A DNA stretch of 29,262 nt from a bacterium (GCA_050125095.1 JASFEA010000021.1:1-29262), one strand, 5' to 3'. Shown: positions 9,248 to 20,109, counted from the first letter of the stretch. Program-made: numbers and translations. Notes: generated by a model from the sequence alone, not told the origin.

Positions 9248-10041
9248 TCGCAGGTCCACCTTTCCCAGTCGATTGCTTCGCTGTCGAAGACGGGGCCGTC
9301 CTTGCATGCGTGCAGATAGCCTCCGCCCGCGCCGGGCACCGCGCATGAAAGGCATGCCCCGACGCCGCACGCCATGATCTCCTCGACACTGACCTGGCAC
9401 TTGACGCCTTTATGCCGCGCGGCTCTCGCGACCTCCGCCAGCATGCCGCGCGGTCCGCATGCAATCACCTCCAAGCCGCCGCCCGCGGCTTTCTCGAGCG
9501 CCGGCCCCAGCCCGTCGGTTACGAGTCCCTCTTCGCCTTTGGAGCCGTCTTCGGTGTAGTACGTGACTCTGACCCCTTCCACGATAAGGCTCACCGGCAC
9601 GATGATTTCGGCAGAGGTCTTCGCGCCGACGATGAGATGCATCTCATCGAGCGCGGCCGCGTATCGCCGGCAGAAAAAGACCAGCGGCGGTATCCCCACT
9701 CCCCCCCCGACTGCGATGACGCGAGACGCGCCGGCGCCGAGGTTGAACGGTCTTCCCAGCGGCCCCATGACATCGAAGACATCGCCGGGTATGGCGTCCG
9801 ACATGAGGGACGTAGCCTTGCCCACGACCTTGTAGACTATCTCTATGGTGCCTTCCCCGTCGCTCGAATAAATCGAGAACGGCCTTCTCAGAAAAGGCCA
9901 GTCCGCGGCGAGACTTCTCAGGTGTATGAACTCGCCCGGATTGCAGTCTGAAGCCATGCGCCCCACGTCGAGTTTCATGAGGTAGTAGGAGTCACCAATT
10001 CGCTCATTCTCGAGTATTGCCGCCCTGATGCAGTACTTCAT
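9244..10041 (-). CDS. pyrK: dihydroorotate dehydrogenase electron-transfer subunit
   Basis: LRRPFSI, GPLG, GGGVGIPP, ACGP, MACGVGACLSC...CKDGPVF 2Fe-2S motif. Confidence 0.95.
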   Translation of the reverse strand: MKYCIRAAILENERIGDSYYLMKLDVGRMASDCNPGEFIHLRSLAADWPFLRRPFSIYSSDGEGTIEIVYKVVGKATSLMSDAIPGDVFDVMGPLGRPFNLGAGASRVIAVGGGVGIPPLVFFCRRYAAALDEMHLIVGAKTSAEIIVPVSLIVEGVRVTYYTEDGSKGEEGLVTDGLGPALEKAAGGGLEVIACGPRGMLAEVARAARHKGVKCQVSVEEIMACGVGACLSCAVPGAGGGYLHACKDGPVFDSEAIDWERWTCE

Positions 10042-11750
10042 GGACTCTCCCCGTCCTGCTCGTCCCGGTCGCCGGTGTCTTCTTCCCCCGAATCCGGAGG
10101 TGTCGATGCCGGCCTGGAGAATTCCCTGTACTTCTCGTAACGGGCCCTCGCCGAATCCGACCTGCTCTGATAGGTCTCGAATCCGGGCGGTATCATCGGC
10201 CGCGATCCTGTCGAATCCGTAACAGCCAGCGTGTCGCCGCCTGCCGGCTTATAGCCCGGAGGAAATCTCTCGGGACCCTCCATCTCCGGCGGGCCTTCGA
10301 GGCCCTCCGCGGTCCGCGTACCCTGGGGGGGCACCCCCGGCCGGCCGCCTGCCGTGTCGGGCGGAGCGGGCCCGGGCTCTTCAATCACGACGTCAAGAGG
10401 CGCAAGGCCGAGAGCCACCCTGGCCACGTTGGCATACGGTGTCTCGGGGAACCCCTCGATGATGTGCTCGTAATAAACCCGGGCTGTCGTGTCACCCTCG
10501 TCCTCCAGGAACGAGGCGAGAGCCAGCATGGAACGGGCCGCGTACTCGCTCTCGGGAAACGAGTCGGCAACCGCCGTCAGCTCCACCAGCGCCTCATCCT
10601 GCATCCCGAGATCATAGAGATAAGTCTCGGCGAGCAGATACCTGCTCTTTGCGATATCACCCGTCCCGGCGGATATCTCTTCCCTGTACTTGTTGACGTT
10701 CTTGAGAGCCTTTGAGCGGTTGGCGGCCTTTCTGGAATATGGCGACTTCTTTTTCACCGAATCATCGTAATGGGCGATGGCAGTATCAAAGTCCTTCAGG
10801 TCGCGTTCGTATATGAGGCCGATGCGATAGTTGATCTCCCCGGACAGCATCCTGTTTCCGAGGCTGTCGGCAAGCTCGAGCGTCTGAATCGCCTGGTCGT
10901 GCCGCCCCTCATCCAGGAGCGTCAGCGCCTGCTCAACGCCCGCCCGGGACCTCAGGGAATCCTCCTCGGCCCCCAAGATGACCTGGTCGAAAACGCCCAT
11001 GGCTTCCGAGGTCTCCCCCATCATACGGTAAGCCTTTCCCATGCGCAGAAGAGCCAGAACGCCCTCCCCGTCCATTTCCCCGATAAGCGGCTCCAGTTCC
11101 TCTACGGCCTCCCGGTACATCCCCAGTTTGACCAGGCACTGGCCCATGTCGAGGCGGGCGCGCTCGGCCCGGCCGCCGTCGGGATAGGCTTCCAGATAGG
11201 CGGCATAGGAGTCAATTGCGATAAGGCAGTCGCCTCCCTGGAAAGCGATCCTCGCCGCGAGATAGGTCGCCTTTTCCCTTATGAGTTTGTCCTCGGCGTT
11301 CCCGGCGAGATTCTGCAGAATGGGGACGGCCTCGGACGCCGTCTCCTGGATGACGAGCGTATAGGCTTCCAGGTACCTCGCCTCCTCGGCGAAGCTGCCG
11401 TCCGGGTAGAGCGTGCCTATCTCCCGGAACTTGGTCAGGGCCTTGTCGTAGTCGCCGGCAAGGAGGAAACACTTGCCCATGAGGAGCAGCGCATCGTCCA
11501 CCCACTTGCTGTCAGGGTGAAGCACCAGCACCTTGCCGGAGCGCTCCGCAGCTGAATCAAGCAGCTTCAGCTTATCGCCGGGCGGCTTCTGTTGCTCGTA
11601 AGGATCCCAGAACTCGGCATAGGGCAGGGGCCCGGTCGCCCTGTCATACTCTTTGTTGGCTGTCCAGAAGATATTGTAATAGGCGCATGAGAGCATCGCC
11701 GCCGTCAACGCGGCGAGAGTTGCGAATGCGATGCCGGCACGCGGTTTCAG
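10038..11750 (-). CDS. tetratricopeptide-repeat lipoprotein with Pro/Gly/acidic low-complexity tail
   Basis: multiple TPR-like helices (SKWVDDALLLMGK, YPDG..AEEARY); lipobox MLS-C; extending the ORF to CTG 11750 gives a full signal peptide (first standard start is TTG 11708). Confidence 0.8.
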   Translation of the reverse strand: MKPRAGIAFATLAALTAAMLSCAYYNIFWTANKEYDRATGPLPYAEFWDPYEQQKPPGDKLKLLDSAAERSGKVLVLHPDSKWVDDALLLMGKCFLLAGDYDKALTKFREIGTLYPDGSFAEEARYLEAYTLVIQETASEAVPILQNLAGNAEDKLIREKATYLAARIAFQGGDCLIAIDSYAAYLEAYPDGGRAERARLDMGQCLVKLGMYREAVEELEPLIGEMDGEGVLALLRMGKAYRMMGETSEAMGVFDQVILGAEEDSLRSRAGVEQALTLLDEGRHDQAIQTLELADSLGNRMLSGEINYRIGLIYERDLKDFDTAIAHYDDSVKKKSPYSRKAANRSKALKNVNKYREEISAGTGDIAKSRYLLAETYLYDLGMQDEALVELTAVADSFPESEYAARSMLALASFLEDEGDTTARVYYEHIIEGFPETPYANVARVALGLAPLDVVIEEPGPAPPDTAGGRPGVPPQGTRTAEGLEGPPEMEGPERFPPGYKPAGGDTLAVTDSTGSRPMIPPGFETYQSRSDSARARYEKYREFSRPASTPPDSGEEDTGDRDEQDGESP

Positions 11751-12385
11751 AATCCAAGCTCCTCGTTTATGAGAATCACATGCATGCGGTCTTTGGACTT
11801 CTGCTTCTCAATGACAAGCGTCAGGCTGCAAATCCTGTCGGGCGAGCTGCAGTCCGCGCATCTCCCTGTGCGGGCGCACGGCGTGTCCTGGCCCAGGCGT
11901 CTGGCGTTCATGGGCGCCGCCACGTTTTTGACCCGGTCGATGGCCTCATCGACGTCGCCGACTATCTTGTTTCTTCCAGCCACTATAATGACCTTCCCGG
12001 GCCCGTAACACATTCCCGCCAGGCGGTTGCCGACGCCGTCGATGTTGACGAGTTTGCCGTCTTCGGTGATCGCATTGGAGCCGCAGACGAAGCAGTCGGC
12101 ATGCGTGCCCTGCTTGCGGAGCTGCATGCGCTCGGCCTTGGTGTGTTTGCCGCCGTACTGGTCGAAGAGTCCGTACTCGCCGCTTCGAAGCGCCTCCAGG
12201 AGGCCGATCTCGTCCGCGGTGCGGGAGCCGCCCAGCCCCACCGTCGAGCCCTTCTTGATAAGTGACAGCGCCTTCTTGAGCGCCGCCCTGCGATCCGCGG
12301 TTACATAGGCCCTTATGCCGTTACGCTCGAGGGCCTTGGCGGCCTTCTTCATCCTGGTCAGCCAGTACCAGTCTCTCTCTTCCAT
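11747..12385 (-). CDS. LUD-domain (lactate utilization LutC/YkgG-like) protein with Cys cluster
   Basis: VGLGGS, SNAITEDGKLVNIDGVGNR, AGRNKIV, AAPMNA, CxxxGxCxxC..PDRIC; ATG 12385 with AGGGGG upstream. Confidence 0.85.
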   Translation of the reverse strand: MEERDWYWLTRMKKAAKALERNGIRAYVTADRRAALKKALSLIKKGSTVGLGGSRTADEIGLLEALRSGEYGLFDQYGGKHTKAERMQLRKQGTHADCFVCGSNAITEDGKLVNIDGVGNRLAGMCYGPGKVIIVAGRNKIVGDVDEAIDRVKNVAAPMNARRLGQDTPCARTGRCADCSSPDRICSLTLVIEKQKSKDRMHVILINEELGF

Positions 12386-12443
12386 GCTCCAGAGCCCCCT
12401 TTGCGTCTGAATGGAATTCCCGGCTCGCGAGAGCAATTAAACG

Positions 12444-13725
12444 TCAGCTCGCCAGAGCGCCGTCCCTCATCAGGACCTTGCCGCCCACTATAACACTAAC
12501 CACCCGGCCCTTCACTTTCCAACCCGAAAACGGCGTATTGCGCGACCGCGACGCAAACTCCCTCTCGTCAACAGTCCACTCGGCGTCGGGGTCGAAGAGC
12601 GTAACGTCCGCCGGAGCGCCGTCCCTGAGGGTGCCGTACGGCAGGCCGAGAATCTTCGCCGGGTTCGTGCTCATGAGCTCGACGAGCCTGGGAAGCGATA
12701 TCACCTTGCCGTGATAGAGCTCGCTGCACGCTATACCCAGAGCCGTTTCCATGCCTATGACCCCGAACGGCGCCAGGTCGAATTCCTGGTCCTTTTCCTC
12801 CTCTGTATGCGGGGCGTGGTCGGTGGCTATCGCGTCGATCGTGCCCCTCTTGAGGCCCTGTCTGAGGGCCGCGACGTCGTCGGCCGACCTCAGCGGCGGC
12901 TTCATCTTGGCCCTGGTATCGTAACCCTTGACCGCCTCATCCGTCAGAGTGAAATGATGCGGCGTCACCTCGCAAGTGACGCCGGCGCCCCGGGCCTTGC
13001 CCTCGGCAACGAGCTCCAGGCTCCGCCGCGTCGAAATGTGCGCGACATGGAGTCTGGAGCCGGCCATCTCGGCCAGCATTATGTCCCTGGCCACCATGAC
13101 GTCCTCGCTCTCGGAGGGAATGCCCTTGAGGCCGAGAAGCGTCGACGTGTTTCCCTCGTTCATGCACCCCGACCCGCTGAGCGAGATATCCTCGCAATGC
13201 GATATCACCGGAGCCTCGAACATCTTCATATACTCCAGCGCTCGCCTCATCAGGCTTGCTCGCATTACCGGCATGCCGTCGTCGGACACGCCCACCGCGC
13301 CCGCCCTCATCGCCGCGCCTATCTCGGAGAGCACCTCTCCTTCGAGTTTCCTGCTTATGGCGACTATGGGGAAGACCCTCGCGAGACCCGCTTCCCTGCC
13401 CCTTGCGAGAATGAACTCGGCCCCCTCGTCGCCTTCGATTACCGGTTCGGTATTGGGCATGCACGCTATGGACGTGAATCCGCCCCGTATGGCCGCCCTG
13501 GCCCCGCTCTCCACGGTTTCGGCGTCCTCCCTCCCCGGCTCCCTCAGGTGAACATGCATATCCACGAAGCCCGGCGAGACCACAAGCCCGCCGGCGTCGA
13601 TAGTCTCGTCGACATCGCCGTCGGCACCCCGGGCCGCGCCGCCGGCCGGGGAGACCAGCCCATCCTCCAGCAGGATGTCGCGCTTCTCGTCGACGCCCTG
13701 CGAAGGGTCGATTACCCTGCCGTTC

Positions 13726-13742
<17 letters not shown>
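12444..13742 (-). CDS. pyrC: dihydroorotase
   Basis: DMHVHLREPG, MPNT, HCED, HVAHIST, EVTPHH, ATDHAPH; GTG 13742 with GGAGGGG upstream. Confidence 0.95.
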
Positions 13743-15344
<1,602 letters not shown>

Positions 15345-15354
15345 AATTCGAGGC

Positions 15355-15383
15355 ATTATACCCCCATCGTGCCACGGGCGCAA
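15355..15383 (-). promoter_or_regulatory. sigma70-type promoter of the pyr operon
   Basis: TTGCGC (15383-15378), 17 bp, TATAAT (15360-15355). Confidence 0.85.
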
Positions 15384-15396
15384 GCTAAAATCCCCC

Positions 15397-15625
15397 GGGG
15401 TCAGGTCTTGAAATGCACAACCCCCTCGAGGCGGACGTGGAGGCGTTCCGCCCGGGCTTCGTGTTGTAAAGAAGCCACCGGCGGAATGCCGAGTAATCTG
15501 TTCAATGGGCTCAGGTCTTGAAATGCACAATGCCCTCGAGGCGGATGTGAAGGCGTTCCGCCTGGGCTTCGTGTTGTAAAGAAGCCACCGGCGGAATGCC
15601 GAGTAATCTGTTCAATGGGCTCAGG
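15397..15625 (+). repeat. tandem 2 x 110-bp repeat unit plus 9 bp of a third (locus B)
   Basis: 15397-15506 vs 15507-15616 differ at 6 positions; each starts GGG(G/C)TCAGGTCTTGAAATGCACAA. Confidence 0.97.
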
Positions 15626-15763
15626 CTTCAAGAAGCACGGCAGGTGTTATGAGGTTCCCAGGTGTAGGGATCGTCGGCCCGGGACCGAATAATCCAGGCC
15701 AGGGGGTTCAACCCCGAAGCTACGGGTCCGATAATCCGATGGGTTAAGCAAGACGCAGATGCT

Positions 15764-16591
15764 TCAGACCCCGTCGTCACCGAACAGCGTATCCACAACG
15801 TCGCCCTCCCGAACGGGCCGCCCCGCAATCTTCACTCCCGAGCGCCTGAGGCCGCGCAATACGCGTATGGTATCGGGAAGGTACTCGAAGTCGATATCAC
15901 TGCCTTTGGGGCCGGCCGGGTAGAAGAACTCCTCTGTGGGGACGGGGCCCGACTCAAGAAGCCCTCCGACCAGCAGCGAGACCGTGTCCCCGACCTCGGC
16001 CGCGAGGTCGGGCTCATGCGTAAGCACCAGCGTGGTCACGCCGTCAGTCTTCAGCACTTCCAGGGAATTGATAACGCTCTGTCTGCTCCGCCAGTCGAGC
16101 CCGGCCAGCGGCTCATCCAGGATGAGATAGCGTGGCCGTAGCGCAATCACCGAAGCCAGGGCGACTTTCCTCATTTCGCCGTAGCTGAGCTCCTCCGGTG
16201 GCCGAGCGAGCATGGCCGCCGGTAGCCCAACGCAATCCAGCGCCCACTCGGAGCGCTGCCTCCTCTCTACAGGGCCGACGCCGAAATTCTTGAGCCCGAA
16301 CGCGATCTCGGCTTCCACCGTGGTTTCGAACATCTGCTCCTCGGGGAACTGAAACGCGAGCTGTACGCGCGAGCGATCGAATCGACTCGACGCCGGGTCC
16401 TCCCCATCCACCCGAACCGTGCCCCCATCGGGTGCAATCACTCCGGCCATAACCAATCCCAGGGTTGTCTTCCCCGACCCGTTGGGCCCGAGGAGGATAT
16501 GCACATTGCCCTTCTCAAGCACCATGTCGACATGCTGGAGCACCGGCTCATCGAAGTATGAATAGGTCAGGCTGTGAATCTCTATCCCCAA
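15764..16591 (-). CDS. ecfA2: ECF-transporter ATPase (EcfA2/CbiO-like)
   Basis: GPNGSGKTT, FQFPEEQMF, LSYGE, ILDEPLAGLD, LTH; probable TTG start at 16591 overlapping the upstream gene. Confidence 0.85.
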   Translation of the reverse strand: MGIEIHSLTYSYFDEPVLQHVDMVLEKGNVHILLGPNGSGKTTLGLVMAGVIAPDGGTVRVDGEDPASSRFDRSRVQLAFQFPEEQMFETTVEAEIAFGLKNFGVGPVERRQRSEWALDCVGLPAAMLARPPEELSYGEMRKVALASVIALRPRYLILDEPLAGLDWRSRQSVINSLEVLKTDGVTTLVLTHEPDLAAEVGDTVSLLVGGLLESGPVPTEEFFYPAGPKGSDIDFEYLPDTIRVLRGLRRSGVKIAGRPVREGDVVDTLFGDDGV

Positions 16592-17442
16592 TTCCCACCT
16601 GCCCTTCCCCGACCTCCGCCCGGGCCGCCGGCAAGCGCCTCGGTAATGCACTGCGGCGTGAGCTCGGGACAGCAATCGGACACATTCGCCAGCTTCTCGA
16701 CCCTCGCCTGAGCCTCCGATGCCACAAGACCGAGGCCGTGAAGCGGAACCCCCGCCTCGCGCAGATGCAGCAGTAGCTCGTCCCTACCACCCGCGAATTC
16801 AACTCTCCCCTCCTTAAGGAACATGACCTCGTCGCAAAGCCACGCGTCTTCCAGCCTCATTGAAATGAAGAGCGTGCCCACCCCGATCTCGCCGCGAAGG
16901 GCGTCCAGGCTCCTGAGCAGAACGCGCCTGGCTCCCGGGTCGAGAAGCGCCGTGGGCTCGTCGAGAACGATATAGCCGGGCTTCATCGTGTAAATGGATG
17001 CCACAGATACGAGCTGCTTCTCTCCGGCGGAGAGAAGATGGCAGGGCCGCTTTCTCAAATGCTCGATTCCGAAGAGACCGAGCGCGTTCTCCACCCTGTT
17101 ACGGACCTCATCGGGCTCCAGCCCGAGATTGCGCGGCCCGAAACCTATTTCGCGTTCTACGGTGGTCTCTATTATCTGCTGCTCAGGGTCCTGGAACACG
17201 AGCCCGACCCTGCGCCGCACCTCATATACCTGGGCGCCGTCTGCGGCATATAGGCCGTCGACGGTTACGCTCCCGGCGGTGGGCTTAAGGAGGCCGCATA
17301 CAATTCTCGCCAGCGTCGTCTTGCCGCTTCCGTTCTCGCCCACAAGCCCGACCCTCGCGCCCTCGGCCACTTCAAAACTGACGCCCCGCAGAACCTCGCG
17401 GCCGTCGGGATACGCATATCCCAGCTCACTGACTTTGATCAT
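16582..17442 (-). CDS. ecfA1: ECF-transporter ATPase (EcfA1/CbiO-like)
   Basis: GENGSGKTT, GLVFQDPEQQI, FGPRNLG, LSAGEKQ, VLDEPTALLDP. Confidence 0.85.
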   Translation of the reverse strand: MIKVSELGYAYPDGREVLRGVSFEVAEGARVGLVGENGSGKTTLARIVCGLLKPTAGSVTVDGLYAADGAQVYEVRRRVGLVFQDPEQQIIETTVEREIGFGPRNLGLEPDEVRNRVENALGLFGIEHLRKRPCHLLSAGEKQLVSVASIYTMKPGYIVLDEPTALLDPGARRVLLRSLDALRGEIGVGTLFISMRLEDAWLCDEVMFLKEGRVEFAGGRDELLLHLREAGVPLHGLGLVASEAQARVEKLANVSDCCPELTPQCITEALAGGPGGGRGRAGGNWG

Positions 17443-17448
17443 ATGGGA

Positions 17449-18219
17449 TTACTCCGCGGCGAGAGCGTCGAGATGAACCCGGGCTTCCTCCGCCCAGACC
17501 GAATCGCTGTCCAGCTCGAGATACCTCTCCCACTCGGCAATGGCTTCTCTCTTCTTGCCGAGTTGCTCGAGCGTAAGCGCGACCGCATACTGGGCCTCCG
17601 CATAGGTGGGTCTCAAGTCTATTGCCCGCCGGAACTCCTCCAGCGCGTCCTTCTTCCTGTCATCCTCTTTGAACGCGACTCCCAGGCTGTAGTGATAGGC
17701 CGCCTCGGAAGGATAGCTCTCTATGAGCTTTTCAAGTATGTGCCCGGCCTGCTCGAGCTTGCCCAGATTGGTGTAGGTGACTGCGAGGTTGAACCAGGCG
17801 TCCGAGTTGGAGGGATCGGCATCCACCGCCCTCTCCAGATATGGGCGCGCGTCTTCATACTGGCCGGTCTCGGCAAGCACAGTCCCCTTGTTGTAGAGGA
17901 CATCGGCCTCATGCGTGCGCGCGATCTTCTCGAGCTCGCTCGTGTCGAACGGGACCAGGAGCGTCGTCCCGGGCTGCAGTCCGACGAAGGGGTCCACTCC
18001 ATTGTAGTCGCCGAGCGCCTTGGCCAGCCTCGCGTCGCCGTAGTACTCCCTGGCTATCTCATCAAGCGTCTCGCCCTTCGAGACCATGTGAGTGTAACCC
18101 TCCTTGCCCACGACGACCTCGTACTTCTTCTTGCCGCAGGAGGGGGTAAGCATGAGGACTACTGCCAGCGCGGCAACGGCCAGCCTAGGAAGAGGGTCCT
18201 TCGCTCTTTCCCAAAACAT
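17449..18219 (-). CDS. lipoprotein with LysM domain and TPR repeats
   Basis: hydrophobic signal ending TPS-C; LysM HMVSKGETLDEIAREYYG; TPR units (AWFNLAVTY, YHYSLGVAF); start ATG 18219 or TTG 18234. Confidence 0.85.
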   Translation of the reverse strand: MFWERAKDPLPRLAVAALAVVLMLTPSCGKKKYEVVVGKEGYTHMVSKGETLDEIAREYYGDARLAKALGDYNGVDPFVGLQPGTTLLVPFDTSELEKIARTHEADVLYNKGTVLAETGQYEDARPYLERAVDADPSNSDAWFNLAVTYTNLGKLEQAGHILEKLIESYPSEAAYHYSLGVAFKEDDRKKDALEEFRRAIDLRPTYAEAQYAVALTLEQLGKKREAIAEWERYLELDSDSVWAEEARVHLDALAAE

Positions 18220-19360
18220 TCTTACTTTCCTCAATCACGACTCTGACGGGAACGCCCAGCGACTCGGCGAGATGGAGGCAGTCCTCGTATTCGGGAACGC
18301 GCTTCTCACCCGAGGGGAGCGTGAATACTTTCACCTTTACTTTTCCGTATCTGGTTTCCACTTCCTCGAACCTGCGCTCGAGTTTGAGCCTGCCGACCTC
18401 GTACATTCTCACCCCGGCCGTCGTGGTTTCCTCAAAGATGCAGTCGGCCACCTCGCTCACGATCTCCCGGGGACACAGGACGCTCAGCACGAATCCCGGC
18501 CTCCCCTTCTTCATCACAACGCTTGTGAGCCAGACATCCAGCGCGCCCTTTGAAAAGAGCTCGCTGTAGACATGGGAGTAAATCTGGGGGTTCATATCAT
18601 CGATATTGGTCTCGATATGTATCACCGAGTCTCTCTCAAGCCGCGCGGCATCGCCCAGGACGAACCGGATGACGTTGGCCATCTCATCGAGCTCGCCGGT
18701 GCCCGCGCCGTAGCCTATGGCCTGGACTCGCATCTCGGGGACCGGGCCGAAACGCGCGGCGCAGGTCCTTAATATGACCGCGCCCGTCGGCGTGGTGAGT
18801 TCCCGCTCCACGCCGGTGCCCCGGACGGGCACGCCCTCCAAGATCTTAAGCGTCGCCGGTGCGGGAACGGGCAGCACGCCGTGGGCGCACTCCACCGACC
18901 CGGTGCCCAGGGATATGGGCGAACACACGACCTCTTCCACGCCCATAAGGTCGAGCCCTATGAAACTCCCGACTATGTCGACCACGGTGTCCACGGAGCC
19001 CAGCTCGTGGAAGTGGACGTCGTCCTTGGACACGCCATGAATGCCCGACTCGGCCTCAGCCAGGAGGTCGAACGCCTCAAGCGCCCTCTCCCTGACTGCC
19101 CGGCTCAGGGAGCTCTTCTCGATGAGCCCCACGATATCCCTGTAAGTCCCAGCGCTCGCGTCGGAGGCATGGGTGAAAGTGAATGACCTTGCGCCAATGG
19201 ACTTGCGGCTCGTCTCCTTGACCTCTATCTTGAGGCCCTTGATGCCCAGCTTCTCCATCTCGGCCATGAACGCGGCCTCGCTAAGACCCGCATGGAAAAG
19301 CGCGGCCAGGATCATGTCTCCCGCCGCGCCGGCGAAGCAGTCGAAATAGCCTATCTTCAA
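18185..19360 (-). CDS. larC: nickel-pincer cofactor biosynthesis protein LarC
   Basis: YFDCFAGAAGDM, HFHELGSVD, HGVLPVPAPAT, ELTTPTGA, ETNIDD, MKKGRPG, PEYEDC. Confidence 0.93.
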   Translation of the reverse strand: MKIGYFDCFAGAAGDMILAALFHAGLSEAAFMAEMEKLGIKGLKIEVKETSRKSIGARSFTFTHASDASAGTYRDIVGLIEKSSLSRAVRERALEAFDLLAEAESGIHGVSKDDVHFHELGSVDTVVDIVGSFIGLDLMGVEEVVCSPISLGTGSVECAHGVLPVPAPATLKILEGVPVRGTGVERELTTPTGAVILRTCAARFGPVPEMRVQAIGYGAGTGELDEMANVIRFVLGDAARLERDSVIHIETNIDDMNPQIYSHVYSELFSKGALDVWLTSVVMKKGRPGFVLSVLCPREIVSEVADCIFEETTTAGVRMYEVGRLKLERRFEEVETRYGKVKVKVFTLPSGEKRVPEYEDCLHLAESLGVPVRVVIEESKNVLGKSEGPSS

Positions 19361-19362
19361 TG

Positions 19363-20109
19363 TTATGACCTCTTCCCGTTCATGAGGCTCGCCGAGACCG
19401 CGGCCCCGAATCCGTTATCGATATTGACGACGGTGACCCCCGGCGAACATGTGTTGAGCATGGTAAGAAGCGACGCGATGCCCTTGAAGCTGGCACCGTA
19501 CCCGACGCTCGTGGGCACGCCGATCACCGGAGCGTTCACGAGCCCGCTCACGACGCTGGCGAGCGCTCCCTCCATGCCGGCTACTACTATTATGACGCCG
19601 GCCCTCCTGAGTCTGGGGAGATGCCCGAAGAGCCTGTGAAGGCCGGCGACGCCGACGTCATAGATTCTCTCCACCCTGTTCCCCAGGAACTCGGCAGTGA
19701 CCGCAGCTTCCTCCGCGACCGGCATGTCAGACGTTCCGGCGCTTACTACCGCTATCCTGCCCTTCTTGCGCTTCCGGTGCCCCCCGACCACTATGGCCCT
19801 CGCCGCCTCATTATACGTGGCCCCGGGCACGACTTGCTTCACCAGCTCGAACACATCCGCCGAAGTCCGGGTCGCGAGGAATCTCTTCTTCCTCTTGTAC
19901 AGGGCCTCCGCGATTGAGACGATCTGGTCCGGGGTCTTGCCCTCACCGAAAATGACCTCGGAGACGCCCGTCCGCGTCTCCCTGCCGACGTCAAGCGTGG
20001 CGAATCCCAGGGACTCATAGGAAGAACCCAGCCGATCGAGTACCTCCGCTATGGTTGTCTTGCCGCTTTTGACTCCCCTGAGAAGCCTCTCAAGGTCTCT
20101 CCTCTCCAC
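19363..20109 (-). CDS. larB: nickel-pincer cofactor biosynthesis protein LarB (PurE-like fold)
   Basis: EVIFGEGK, AGTSDMPVAEEA, DVGVAGLHRL, VAGMEGAL, PTSVGYG, VNIDNGFGA. Confidence 0.93.
   Translation of the reverse strand: MERRDLERLLRGVKSGKTTIAEVLDRLGSSYESLGFATLDVGRETRTGVSEVIFGEGKTPDQIVSIAEALYKRKKRFLATRTSADVFELVKQVVPGATYNEAARAIVVGGHRKRKKGRIAVVSAGTSDMPVAEEAAVTAEFLGNRVERIYDVGVAGLHRLFGHLPRLRRAGVIIVVAGMEGALASVVSGLVNAPVIGVPTSVGYGASFKGIASLLTMLNTCSPGVTVVNIDNGFGAAVSASLMNGKRS

Noticed and set aside
10038-11750. Naming the TPR lipoprotein as BamD or SprE/PorW
   Set aside because: Only generic TPR and N-terminal resemblance; no supporting neighbours, needs a profile search
15397-15625. CRISPR array (24-nt repeat with spacers)
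   Set aside because: The intervening 86-bp segments are near-identical rather than unique, are too long, number only two, and there are no cas genes in the window
15690-15730. SRP RNA, 6S RNA or c-di-GMP-I riboswitch call
   Set aside because: Only fragments resemble these families; the SRP GNRA tetraloop, 6S length and central bubble, and the GGCAAAC/GCAAAG elements are missing, so it is kept only as an unassigned candidate
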